NCBI GenBank assembly: GCA_964016885.1
Contig: OZ024754.1
Span: 21,762,001 to 21,826,000, forward strand
Length of the DNA stretch: 64,000 nucleotides
Reading direction: 5' to 3'
DNA from: Eledone cirrhosa
Taxonomy: Eukaryota
This document shows, in pieces, positions 39,801 through 54,800 of the stretch (positions are counted from its first letter, which is position 1; each line of letters opens with the position of its first letter). The translations under genes were made by a program, and so were the position numbers. The notes beneath the pieces are model-generated. The model did not search any database, was not told the origin of the DNA, and saw nothing but the letters and a program-made list of their open reading frames with translations.

Positions 39801-42800
39801 CCAATACACACTCCTGCTCCCAATACACACACTCCTGCTCCCAATACACACTCCTGCTCCCAATACACACTCATCTGCTCCCAATACACACTCCTGCTCC
39901 CAATACACACACTCCTGCTCCCAATACACTACTCCTGCTCCCAATACACACTCCTGCTCCCAATACACACACTCCTGCTCCCAATACACACTCCTGCTCC
40001 CAATACACACTCCTGCTCCCAATACACACACTCCTGCTCCCAATACACACTCCTGCTCCCAATACACACTCATCTGCTCCCAATACACACTCCTGCTCCC
40101 AATACACACACTCCTGCTCCCAATACATACTCCTGCTCCCAATACACACTCCTGCTCCCAATACACACACTCCTGCTCCCAATACACACTCCTGCTCCCA
40201 ATACACACACTCCTGCTCCCAATACACACTCCTGCTCCCAATACACACACTCCTGCTCCCAATACACACACTCCTGCTCCCAATACACACACTCCTGCTC
40301 CCAATACACACTCATCTGCTCCCAATACACACTCCTGCTCCCAATACACACACTCCTGCTCCCAATACACACACTCCTGCTCCCAATACACATACTCCTG
40401 CTCCCAATACACACTCCTGCTCCCAATACACACTCCTGCTCCCAATACACACTCCTGCTCCCAATACACACTCCTGCTCCCAATACACACACTCCTGCTC
40501 CCAATACACACACACCTGCTCCCAATACACACTCCTGCTCCCAATACACACACACCTGCTCCCAATACACACTCCTGCTCCCAATACACACTCCTGCTCC
40601 CAATACACACACACCTGCTCCCAATAAACACTCCTGCTCCCAATACACACTCCTGCTCCCAATACACACTCCTGCTCCCAATACACACTCCTGCTCCCAA
40701 TACACACACTCCTGCTCCCAATACACACTCCTGCTCCCAATACACACTCCTGCTCCCAATACACACACTCCTGCTCCCAATACACACACTCCTGCTCCCA
40801 ATACACACACTCCTGCTCCCAATACACACTCCTGCTCCCAATACACACACTCCTGCTCCCAATACACACACTCCTGCTCCCAATACACACACTCCTGCTC
40901 CCAATACACACTCCTGCTCCCAATACACACTCCTGCTCCCAATACACACACTCCTGCTCCCAATACACACTCCTGCTCCCAATACACACACTCCTGCTCC
41001 CAATACACACACACCTGCTCCCAATACACACTCCTGCTCCCAATACACACTCCTGCTCCCAATACACACACTCCTGCTCCCAATACACACACTCCTGCTC
41101 CCAATACACACACACCTGCTCCCAATAAACACTCCTGCTCCCAATACACAGTCCTGCTCCCAATACACACTCCTGCTCCCAATACACACTCCTGCTCCCA
41201 ATACACACTCCTGCTCCCAATAAACACTCCTATTCCCAATACACACTCCTGCTCCCAATACACACTCCTGCTCCCAATACACACTCCTGCTCCCAATACA
41301 CACTCCTGCTCCCAATACACACTCCTGCTCCCAATATACACTCCCGCTCCCAATACACACTCATCTGCTCCCAATACACACTCCTGCTCCCAATACACAC
41401 TCCTGCTCCCAATATACACTCCTGCTCCCAATACACACTCCTGCTCCCAATATACACTCCCGCTCCCAATACACACTCATCTGCTCCCAATACACACTCC
41501 TGCTCCCAATACACACTCCTGCTCCCAATACACACTCCTGCTCCCAATACACACTCCTGCTCCCAATATACACTCCTGCTCCCAATACACACTCCTGCTC
41601 CCAATACATACTCCTGCTCCCAATACACACTCCTGCTCCCAATAAACACTCCTGCTCCCAATACACACTCCTGCTCCCAATATACACTCCTGCTCCCAAT
41701 ACACACTCCTGCTCCCAATACATACTCCTGCTCCCAATACACACTCCTGCTCCCAATAAACACTCCTGCTCCCAATATACACTCCTGCTCCCAATACACA
41801 CTCCTGCTCCCAATACATACTCCTGCTCCCAATACACACTCCTGCTCCCAATAAACACTCCTGCTCCCAATACACACTCCTGCTCCCAATATACACTCCT
41901 GCTCCCAATACACACTCCTGCTCCCAATACATACTCCTGCTCCCAATACACACTCCTGCTCCCAATACACACTCATCTGCTCCCAATACACACTCCTGCT
42001 CCCAATACACACTCCTGCTCCCAATAAACACTCCTATTCCCAATACACACTCCTGCTCCCAATACACACTCCTGCTCCCAATACACACTCCTGCTCCCAA
42101 TACACACTCCTGCTCCCAATACACACTCCTGCTCCCAATATACACTCCCGCTCCCAATACACACTCATCTGCTCCCAATACACACTCCTGCTCCCAATAC
42201 ACACACTCCTGCTCCCAATATACACTCCCGCTCCCAATACACACTCATCTGCTCCCAATACACACTCCTGCTCCCAATATACACTCCCGCTCCCAATACA
42301 CACACTCCTGCTCCCAATACACACACACCTGCTCCCAATACACACTCCTGCTCCCAATACACACTCCTGCTCCCAATACACACTCCTGCTCCCAATACAC
42401 ACTCCTGCTCCCAATACACACACTCCTGCTCCCAATACACACACACCTGCTCCCAATACACACTCCTGCTCCCAATACACACTCCTGCTCCCAATACACA
42501 CTCCTGCTCCCAATACACACAATCCTGCTCCCAATACACACACACCTGCTCCCAATACACACACACCTGCTCCCAATACACACTCCTGCTCCCAATACAC
42601 ACTCCTGCTCTCAATACACAATCCTGCTCTCAATACACACTCCTGCTCCCAATACACACTCCTGCTCCCAATACACACTCCTGCTCCCAATACACACTCC
42701 TGCTCCCAATAAACACTCCTGCTCCCAATACACACTCCTGCTCCCAATACACACTCCTGCTCCCAATACACACACTCCTGCTCCCAATACACACTCCTGC

Positions 42801-45800
42801 TCCCAATAAACACTCCTGCTCCCAACACACACTCCTGCTCCCAATACACACTCCTGCTCCCAACACACACTCCTGCTCCCAATACACACACTCCTGCTCC
42901 CAATAAACACTCCTGCTCCCAACACACACTCCTGCTCCCAATACACACACTCCTGCTCCCAATACACACACTCCTGCTCCCAATACACACACTCCTGCTC
43001 CCAATACACACTCCTGCTCCCAATACACACACTCCTGCTCCCAATACACACACACCTGCTCCCAATACACACTCCTGCTCCCAATACACACACACCTGCT
43101 CCCAATACACACTACTGCTCCCAATACACACTCCTGCTCCCAATACACACACACCTGCTCCCAATAAACACTCCTGCTCCCAATACACACTCCTGCTCCC
43201 AATACACACTCCTGCTCCCAATACACACACTCCTGCTCCTAATACACACTCCTGCTCCCAATACACACTCCTGCTCCCAATACACACTCCTGCTCCCAAT
43301 ACACACTCCTGCTCCCAATACACACTCCTGCTCCCAATACACACACTCCTGCTCCCAATACACACTCCTGCTCCCAATACACACTCCTGCTCCCAATACA
43401 CACACTCCTGCTCCCAATACACACACTCCTGCTCCCAATACACACACTCCTGCTCCCAATACACACTCCTGCTCCCAATACACACACTCCTGCTCCCAAT
43501 ACACACACTCCTGCTCCCAATACACACACTCCTGCTCCCAATACACACTCCTGCTCCCAATACACACTCCTGCTCCCAATACACACACACCTGCTCCCAA
43601 TACACACTCCTGCTCTCAATACACACTCCTGCTCTCAATACACACTCCTGCTCCCAATACACACACCTGCTCCCAATACACACTCCTGCTCCCAATACAC
43701 ACTCATCTGCTCCCAATACACACTCCTGCTCCCAATACACACTCCTGCTCCCAATACACACACTCCTGCTCTCAATACACACTACTGCTCCCAATACACA
43801 CTCATCTGCTCCCAATACACACTCCTGCTCCCAATACACACACTCCTGCTCCCAATACACACTCCTGCTCCCAATACACACTCCTGCTCCCAATACACAC
43901 TCCTGCTCCCAATACACACACTCCTGCTCCCAATACACACTCCTGCTCCCAATAAACACTCTTGCTCCCAATACACACTCTTGCTCCCAATACACACTCC
44001 TGCTCCCAATACACACTCCTGCTCCCAATACACACACTCCTGCTCCCAATACACACTCCTGCTCCCAATACACACACTCCTGCTCCCTATACACACACTC
44101 CCGCTCCCAATACACACACTCCCGCTCCCAATACACACTCCTGCTCCCAATACACACTCCTGCTCCCAATACACACTCCTGCTCCCAATACACACACTCC
44201 TGCTCCCAATACACACTCCTGCTCCCAATACACACTCCTGCTCCCAATACACACACTCCTGCTCCCAATACACACACTCCTGCTCCCAATACACACTCCT
44301 GCTCCCAATACACACTCCTGCTCCCAATACACACACTCCTGCTCCCAATACACACTCCTGCTCCCAATACACACTCCTGCTCCCAATACACACTCTTGCT
44401 CCCAATACACACTCCTGCTCCCAATACACACACTCCTGCTCCCAATACACACTCCTGCTCCCAATACACACTCCTGCTCCCAATACACACTCCTGCTCCC
44501 AATACACACTCCTGCTCCCAATACACACTCTTGCTCCCAATACACACTCCTGCTCCCAATACACACTCCTGCTCCCAATACACACTCCTGCTCCCAATAC
44601 ACACTCTTGCTCCCAATACACACTCCTGCTCCCAATACACACACTCCTGCTCCCAATACACACTCCTGCTCCCAATACACACTCCTGCTCCCAATACACA
44701 CTCCTGCTCCCAATACACACTCCTGCTCCCAATACACACTCCTGCTCCCAATACACACTCTTGCTCCCAATACACACTCCTGCTCCCAATACACACTCCT
44801 GCTCCCAATACACACTCCTGCTCCCAATACACACTCTTGCTCCCAATACACACTCCTGCTCCCAATACACACACTCCTGCTCCCAATACACACTCCTGCT
44901 CCCAATACACACTCCTGCTCCCAATACACACTCCTGCTCCCAATACACACACTCCTGCTCCCAATACACACTCCTGCTCCCAATACACACTCCTGCTCCC
45001 AATACACACTCCTGCTCCCAATACACACTCTTGCTCCCAATACACACTCCTGCTCCCAATACACACTCCTGCTCCCAATACACACACTCCTGCTCCCAAT
45101 ACACACTCCTGCTCCCAATACACACTCTTGCTCCCAATACACACTCCTGCTCCCAATACACACTCCTGCTCCCAATACACACTCCTGCTCCCAATACACA
45201 CTCCTGCTCCCAAAACATACTCCTGCTCCCAATACACACTCCTGCTCCCAATACACACTCCTGCTCCCAATACACACTCCTGCTCCCAATACACACACCT
45301 GCTCCCAATACACACACTCCTGCTCCCAATACACACTCCTGCTCCCAATACACACTCCTGCTCCCAATACACACTCCTGCTCCCAATACACACTCCTGCT
45401 CCCAATACACACACTCCTGCTCCCAATACACACTCCTGCTCCCAATACACACTCCTGCTCCCAATACACACTCCTGCTCCCAATACACACTCCTGCTCCC
45501 AATACACACACTCCTGCTCCCAATACACACTCCTGCTCCCAATACACACACTCCTGCTCCCAATACACACTCCTGCTCCCAATACACACACTCCTGCTCC
45601 CAATACACACTCCTGCTCCCAATACACACACTCCTGCTCCCAATACACACTCCTGCTCCCAATACACACTCCTGCTCCCAATACACACACTCCTGCTCCC
45701 AATACACACTCCTGCTCCTAATACACACTCCTGCTCCCAAAACACACACTCCTGCTCCCAATACACACTCCTGCTCCCAATACACACACTCCTGCTCCCA

Positions 45801-48800
45801 ATACACACTCCTGCTCCCAATACACACTCCTGCTCCCAATACACACACTCCTGCTCCCAATACACACTCCTGCTCCCAATACACACACTCCTGCTCCCAA
45901 TACACACTCCTGCTCCCAATACACACTCCTGCTCCCAATACACACTCCTGCTCCCAATACACACTCCTGCTCCCAATACACACACTCCTGCTCCCAATAC
46001 ACACTCCTGCTCCCAATACACACTCCTGCTCCCAATACACACTCCTGCTCCCAATACACACACTCCTGCTCTCAATACACACTCCTGCTCCCAATACACA
46101 CACTCCTGCTCCCAATACACACACTCCTGCTCCCAATACACACTCCTGCTCCCAATACACACCCCTGCTCCCAATACACACTCCTGCTCCCAATACACAC
46201 TCCTGCTCCCAATACACACTCCTGCTCCCAATACACACTCCTGCTCCCAATACACACATTCCTGCTCCCAATACACACTCCTGCTCCCAATACACACACT
46301 CCTGCTCCCAATACACACTCCTGCTCCCAATACACACACTCCTGCTCCCAATACACACACTCCTGCTCCCAATACACACTCATCTGCTCCCAATACACAC
46401 TCCTGCTCCCAATACACACTCCTGCTCCCAATACACACTCCTGCTTCCAATACACACTCCTGCTCCCAATACACACTCCTGCTCCCAATACACACACTCC
46501 TGCTCCCAATACACACACTCCTGCTCCCAACACACACACTCCTGCTCCCAATACACACTCCTGCTCCCAATACACACTCCTGCTCCCAATACACACACTC
46601 CTGCTCCCAATACACACTCATCTGCTCCCAATACACACTCCTGTTCCCAATACACACTCCTGCTCCCAATACACACTCCTGCTCTCAATACACACACTCC
46701 TGCTCCCAATACACACTCCTGCTCCCAATACACACTCCTGCTCCCAATACACACTCCTGCTCCCAATACACACACTCCTGCTCCCAATACACACTCCTGA
46801 TCCCAATACACACACTCCTGCTCCCAATACACACTCCTGCTCCCAATACACACTCCTGCTCCCAATACACACTCATCTGCTCCCAATACACACTCCTGCT
46901 TCCAATACACACTCCTGCTCCCAATACACACTCCTGCTCCCAATACACACTCCTGCTTCCAATACACACTCCTGCTCCCAATACACACTCCTGCTCCCAA
47001 TACACACTCCTGCTCCCAATACACACTCCTGCTCCCAATACACACTCATCTGCTCCCAATACACACTCCTGCTCCCAATACACACTCCTCCTCCCAATAC
47101 ACACTCCTGCTCCCAATACACACTCCTGCTCTCAATACACACACTCCTGCTCCCAATACACACTCCTGCTCCCAATACACACTCCTGCTCCCAATACACA
47201 CTCCTGCTCCCAATACACACTCCTGCTCCCAATACACACTCCTGCTCCCAATACACACACTCCTGCTCCCAATACACACACTCCTGCTCCCAATACACAC
47301 TCATCTGCTCCCAATACACACTCCTGCTCCCAATACACACTCCTGCTCCCAATACACACTCCTGCTCCCAATACACACACTCCTGCTCCCAATACACACT
47401 CCTGCTCCCAATACACACTCCTGCTCCCAATACACACTCCTGCTCCCAATACACACACTCCTGCTCCCAATACACACTCCTGCTCCCAATACACACTCAT
47501 CTGCTCCCAATACACACTCCTGCTCCCAATACACACTCCTGCTCCCAATACACACTCCTGCTCCCAATACACACACTCCTGCTCCCAATACATACTCCTG
47601 CTCCCAATACACACTCCTGCTCCCAATACACACTCATCTGCTCCCAATACACATTCCTGCTCCCAATACACACTCCTGCTCCCAATACACACACTCCTGC
47701 TCCCAATACACACTCCTGCTCCCAATACACACTCATCTGCTCCCAATACACACTCCTGCTCCCAATACACACACTCCTGCTCCCAATACATACTCCTGCT
47801 CCCAATACACACTCCTGCTCCCAATACACACACTCCTGCTCCCAATACACACTCCTGCTCCCAATACACACTCCTGCTCCCAATACACACACTCCTGCTC
47901 CCAATACACACTCCTGCTCCCAATACACACTCATCTGCTCCCAATACACACTCCTGCTCCCAATACACACACTCCTGCTCCCAATACATACTCCTGCTCC
48001 CAATACACACTCCTGCTCCCAATACACACACTCCTGCTCCCAATACACACTCCTGCTCCCAATACACACACTCCTGCTCCCAATACACACTCCTGCTCCC
48101 AATACACACACTCCTGCTCCCAATACACACACTCCTGCTCCCAATACACACACTCCTGCTCCCAATACACACTCATCTGATCCCAATACACACTCCTGCT
48201 CCCAATACACACACTCCTGCTCCCAATACACACACTCCTGCTCCCAATACACATACTCCTGCTCCCAATACACACTCCTGCTCCCAATACACACTCCTGC
48301 TCCCAATACACACTCCTGCTCCCAATACACACTCCTGCTCCCAATACACACACTCCTGCTCCCAATACACACACACCTGCTCCCAATACACACTCCTGCT
48401 CCCAATACACACACACCTGCTCCCAATACACACTCCTGCTCCCAATACACACTCCTGCTCCCAATACACACACACCTGCTCCCAATAAACACTCCTGCTC
48501 CCAATACACACTCCTGCTCCCAATACACACACTCCTGCTCCCAATACACACTCCTGCTCCCAATACACACTCCTGCTCCCAATACACACACTCCTGCTCC
48601 CAATACACACTCCTGCTCCCAATACACACTCCTGCTCCCAATACACACTCCTGCTCCCAATACACACTCCTGCTCCCAATACACACACTCCTGCTCCCAA
48701 TACACACTCCTGCTCCCAATACACACACACCTGCTCCCAATAAACACTCCTGCTCCCAATACACACTCCTGCTCCCAATACACACACTCCTGCTCCCAAT

Positions 48801-51800
48801 ACACACTCCTGCTCCCAATACACACTCCTGCTCCCAATACACACACTCCTGCTCCCAATACACACTCCTGCTCCCAATACACACTCCTGCTCCCAATACA
48901 CACTCCTGCTCCCAATACACACTCCTGCTCCCAATACACACACTCCTGCTCCCAATACACACACACCTGCTCCCAATAAACACTCCTGCTCCCAATACAC
49001 ACTCCTGCTCCCAATACACACTCCTGCTCCCAATACACACTCCTGCTCCCAATACACACACTCCTGCTCCCAATACACACTCCTGCTCCCAATACACACT
49101 CCTGCTCCCAATACACACTCCTGCTCCCAATACACACACTCCTGCTCCCAATACACACTCCTGCTCCCAATACACACTCCTGCTCCCAATACACACACTC
49201 CTGCTCCCAATACACACACACCTGCTCCCAATACACACTCCTGCTCCCAATACACACACACCTGCTCCCAATACACACTCCTGCTCCCAATACACACTCC
49301 TGCTCCCAATACACACACACCTGCTCCCAATAAACACTCCTGCTCCCAATACACACTCCTGCTCCCAATACACACACTCCTGCTCCCAATACACACTCCT
49401 GCTCCCAATACACACACACCTGCTCCCAATAAACACTCCTGCTCCCAATACACACTCCTGCTCCCAATACACACTCCTGCTCCCAATACACACTCCTGCT
49501 CCCAATACACACTCCTGCTCCCAATACACACACTCCTGCTCCCAATACACACTCCTGCTCCCAATACACACACACCTGCTCCCAATAAACACTCCTGCTC
49601 CCAATACACACTCCTGCTCCCAATACACACACTCCTGCTCCCAATACACACTCCTGCTCCCAATACACACTCCTGCTCCCAATACACACACTCCTGCTCC
49701 CAATACACACTCCTGCTCCCAATACACACTCCTGCTCCCAATACACACTCCTGCTCCCAATACACACTCCTGCTCCCAATACACACACTCCTGCTCCCAA
49801 TACACACTCCTGCTCCCAATACACACTCCTGCTCCCAATACACACACTCCTGCTCCCAATACACACACTCCTGCTCCCAATACACACACTCCTGCTCCCA
49901 ATACACACTCCTGCTCCCAATACACACACTCCTGCTCCCAATACACACACTCCTGCTCCCAATACACACACTCCTGCTCCCAATACACACTCCTGCTCCC
50001 AATACACACTCCTGCTCCCAATACACACACTCCTGCTCCCAATACACACTCCTGCTCCCAATACACACACTCCTGCTCCCAATACACACACACCTGCTCC
50101 CAATACACACTCCTGCTCCCAATACACACTCCTGCTCCCAATACACACACTCCTGCTCCCAATACACACACTCCTGCTCCCAATACACACACACCTGCTC
50201 CCAATAAACACTCCTGCTCCCAATACACAGTCCTGCTCCCAATACACACACACCTGCTCCCAATACACACTCCTGCTCCCAATACACACTCCTGCTCCCA
50301 ATACACACACTCCTGCTCCCAATACACACACTCCTGCTCCCAATACACACACACCTGCTCCCAATAAACACTCCTGCTCCCAATACACAGTCCTGCTCCC
50401 AATACACACACACCTGCTCCCAATACACACTCCTGCTCCCAATACACACTCCTGCTCCCAATACACACACTCCTGCTCCCAATACACACACTCCTGCTCC
50501 CAATACACACACACCTGCTCCCAATAAACACTCCTGCTCCCAATACACAGTCCTGCTCCCAATACACACACACCTGCTCCCAATACACACTCCTGCTCCC
50601 AATACACACTCCTGCTCCCAATAAACACTCCTATTCCCAATACACACTCCTGCTCCCAAAACACACTCCTGCTCCCAATACACACTCCTGCTCCCAATAC
50701 ACACTCCTGCTCCCAATATACACTCCCGCTCCCAATACACACTCATCTGCTCCCAATACACACTCCTGCTCCCAATACACACTCCTGCTCCCAATACACA
50801 CTCCTGCTCCCAATACTCACTCATCTGCTCCCAATACACACTCCTGCTCCCAATATACACTCCCGCTCCCAATACACACACTCCTGCTCCCAATACACAC
50901 ACACCTGCTCCCAATACACACTCCTGCTCCCAATACACACTCCTGCTCCCAATACACACACCTGCTCCCAATACACACTCCTGCTCCCAATACACACACT
51001 CCTGCTCCCAATACACACACACCTGCTCCCAATACACACTCCTGCTCCCAATACACACTCCTGCTCCCAATACACACTCCTGCTCCCAATACACACTCCT
51101 GCTCCCAATACACACAATCCTGCTCCCAATACACACACACCTGCTCCCAATACACACACACCTGCTCCCAATACACACTCCTGCTCCCAATACACACTCC
51201 TGCTCTCAATACACAATCCTGCTCTCAATACACACTCCTGCTCCCAATACACACTCCTGCTCCCAATAAACACTCCTGCTCCCAATACACACTCCTGCTC
51301 CCAATAAACACTCCTGCTCCCAATACACACTCCTGCTCCCAATACACACACTCCTGCTCCCAATACACACTCCTGCTCCCAATACACACACTCCTGCTCC
51401 CAATACACACACTCCTGCTCCCAATACACACACTCCTGCTCCCAATACACACTCCTGCTCCCAATACACACACTCCTGCTCCCAATACACACACACCTGC
51501 TCCCAATACACACTCCTGCTCCCAATACACACACACCTGCTCCCAATACACACTACTGCTCCCAATACACACTCCTGCTCCCAATACACACACACCTGCT
51601 CCCAATAAACACTCCTGCTCCCAATACACACTCCTGCTCCCAATACACACTCCTGCTCCCAATACACACTCCTGCTCCCAATACACACTCCTGCTCCCAA
51701 TACACACTCCTGCTCCCAATACACACTCCTGCTCCCAATACACACTCCTGCTCCCAATACACACTCCTGCTCCCAATACACACACTCCTGCTCCCAATAC

Positions 51801-54800
51801 ACACTCCTGCTCCCAATACACACTCCTGCTCCCAATACACACACTCCTGCTCCCAATACACACACTCCTGCTCCCAATACACACACTCCTGCTCCCAATA
51901 CACACTCCTGCTCCCAATACACACACTCCTGCTCCCAATACACACACTCCTGCTCCCAATACACACACTCCTGCTCCCAATACACACTCCTGCTCCCAAT
52001 ACACACTCCTGCTCCCAATACACACACACCTGCTCCCAATACACACTCCTGCTCTCAATACACACTCCTGCTCTCAATACACACTCCTGCTCCCAATACA
52101 CACACCTGCTCCCAATACACACTCCTGCTCCCAATACACACTCATCTGCTCCCAATACACACTCCTGCTCCCAATACACACTCCTGCTCCCAATACACAC
52201 ACTCCTGCTCTCAATACACACTACTGCTCCCAATACACACTCATCTGCTCCCAATACACACTCCTGCTCCCAATACACACTCCTGCTCCCAATACACACA
52301 CTCCTGCTCCCAATACACACTCCTGCTCCCAATACACACTCCTGCTCCCAATACACACTCCTGCTCCCAATACACACACTCCTGCTCCCAATACAGACTC
52401 CTGCTCCCAATACACACTCCTGCTCCCAATAAACACTCTTGCTCCCAATACACACTCTTGCTCCCAATACACACTCCTGCTCCCAATACACACTCCTGCT
52501 CCCAATACACACACTCCTGCTCCCAATACACACTCCTGCTCCCAATACACACACTCCTGCTCCCAATACACACACTCCCGCTCCCAATACACACACTCCC
52601 GCTCCCAATACACACTCCTGCTCCCAATACACACTCCTGCTCCCAATACACACTCCTGCTCCCAATACACACACTCCTGCTCCCAATACACACTCCTGCT
52701 CCCAATACACACTCCTGCTCCCAATACACACACTCCTGCTCCCAATACACACTCCTGCTCCCAATACACACTCCTGCTCCCAATACACACTCCTGCTCCC
52801 AATACACACACTCCTGCTCCCAATACACACTCCTGCTCCCAATACACACTCCTGCTCCCAATACACACTCCTGCTCCCAATACACACACTCCTGCTCCCA
52901 ATACACACTCCTGCTCCCAATACACACTCCTGCTCCCAATACACACTCCTGCTCCCAATACACACTCCTGCTCCCAATACACACTCCTGCTCCCAATACA
53001 CACACTCCTGCTCCCAATACACACTCCTGCTCCCAATACACACTCTTGCTCCCAATACACACTCCTGCTCCCAATACACACTCCTGCTCCCAATACACAC
53101 TCCTGCTCCCAATACACACTCCTGCTCCCAATACACACTCCTGCTCCCAATACACACACTCCTGCTCCCAATACACACTCCTGCTCCCAATACACACACT
53201 CCTGCTCCCAATACACACACTCCCGCTCCCAATACACACACTCCCGCTCCCAATACACACTCCTGCTCCCAATACACACTCCTGCTCCCAATACACACTC
53301 CTGCTCCCAATACACACACTCCTGCTCCCAATACACACTCCTGCTCCCAATACACACTCCTGCTCCCAATACACACTCCTGCTCCCAATACACACTCCTG
53401 CTCCCAATACACACTCCTGCTCCCAATACACACACTCCTGCTCCCAATACACACTCCTGCTCCCAATACACACACTCCTGCTCCCAATAAACACTCCTGC
53501 TCCCAATACACACACTCCTGCTCCCAATACACACTCCTGCTCCCAATACACACTCCTGCTCCCAATACACACTCCTGCTCCCAATACACACTCTTGCTCC
53601 CAATACACACTCCTGCTCCCAATACACACTCCTGCTCCCAATACACACACTCCTGCTCCCAATACACACTCCTGCTCCCAATACACACACTCCTGCTCCC
53701 AATAAACACTCCTGCTCCCAATACACACACTCCTGCTCCCAATACACACTCCTGCTCCCAATACACACTCCTGCTCCCAATACACACTCCTGCTCCCAAT
53801 ACACACTCTTGCTCCCAATACACACTCCTGCTCCCAATACACACTCCTGCTCCCAATACACACTCCTGCTCCCAATACACACTCCTGCTCCCAATACACA
53901 CTCTTGCTCCCAATACACACTCCTGCTCCCAATACACACTCCTGCTCCCAATACACACTCCTGCTCCCAAAACATACTCCTGCTCCCAATACACACTCCT
54001 GCTCCCAATACACACTCCTGCTCCCAATACACACACTCCTGCTCCCAATACACACTCCTGCTCCCAATACACACTCTTGCTCCCAATACACACTCCTGCT
54101 CCCAATACACACTCCTGCTCCCAATACACACACCTGCTCCCAATACACACACTCCTGCTCCCAATACACACTCCTGCTCCCAATACACACTCCTGCTCCC
54201 AATACACACTCCTGCTCCCAATACACACTCCTGCTCCCAATACACACTCCTGCTCCCAATACACACACTCCTGCTCCCAATACACACTCCTGCTCCCAAT
54301 ACACACACCTGCTCCCAATACACACACTCCTGCTCCCAATACACACTCCTGCTCCCAATACACACTCCTGCTCCCAATACACACTCCTGCTCCCAATACA
54401 CACTCCTGCTCCCAATACACACACTCCTGCTCCCAATACACACTCCTGCTCCCAATACACACTCCTGCTCCCAATACACACTCCTGCTCCCAATACACAC
54501 TCCTGCTCCCAATACACACACTCCTGCTCCCAATACACACTCCTGCTCCCAATACACACACTCCTGCTCCCAATACACACTCCTGCTCCCAATACACACA
54601 CTCCTGCTCCCAATACACACTCCTGCTCCCAATACACACACTCCTGCTCCCAATACACACTCCTGCTCCCAATACACACTCCTGCTCCCAATACACACAC
54701 TCCTGCTCCCAATACACACTCCTGCTCCTAATACACACTCCTGCTCCCAAAACACACACTCCTGCTCCCAATACACACTCCTGCTCCCAATACACACACT

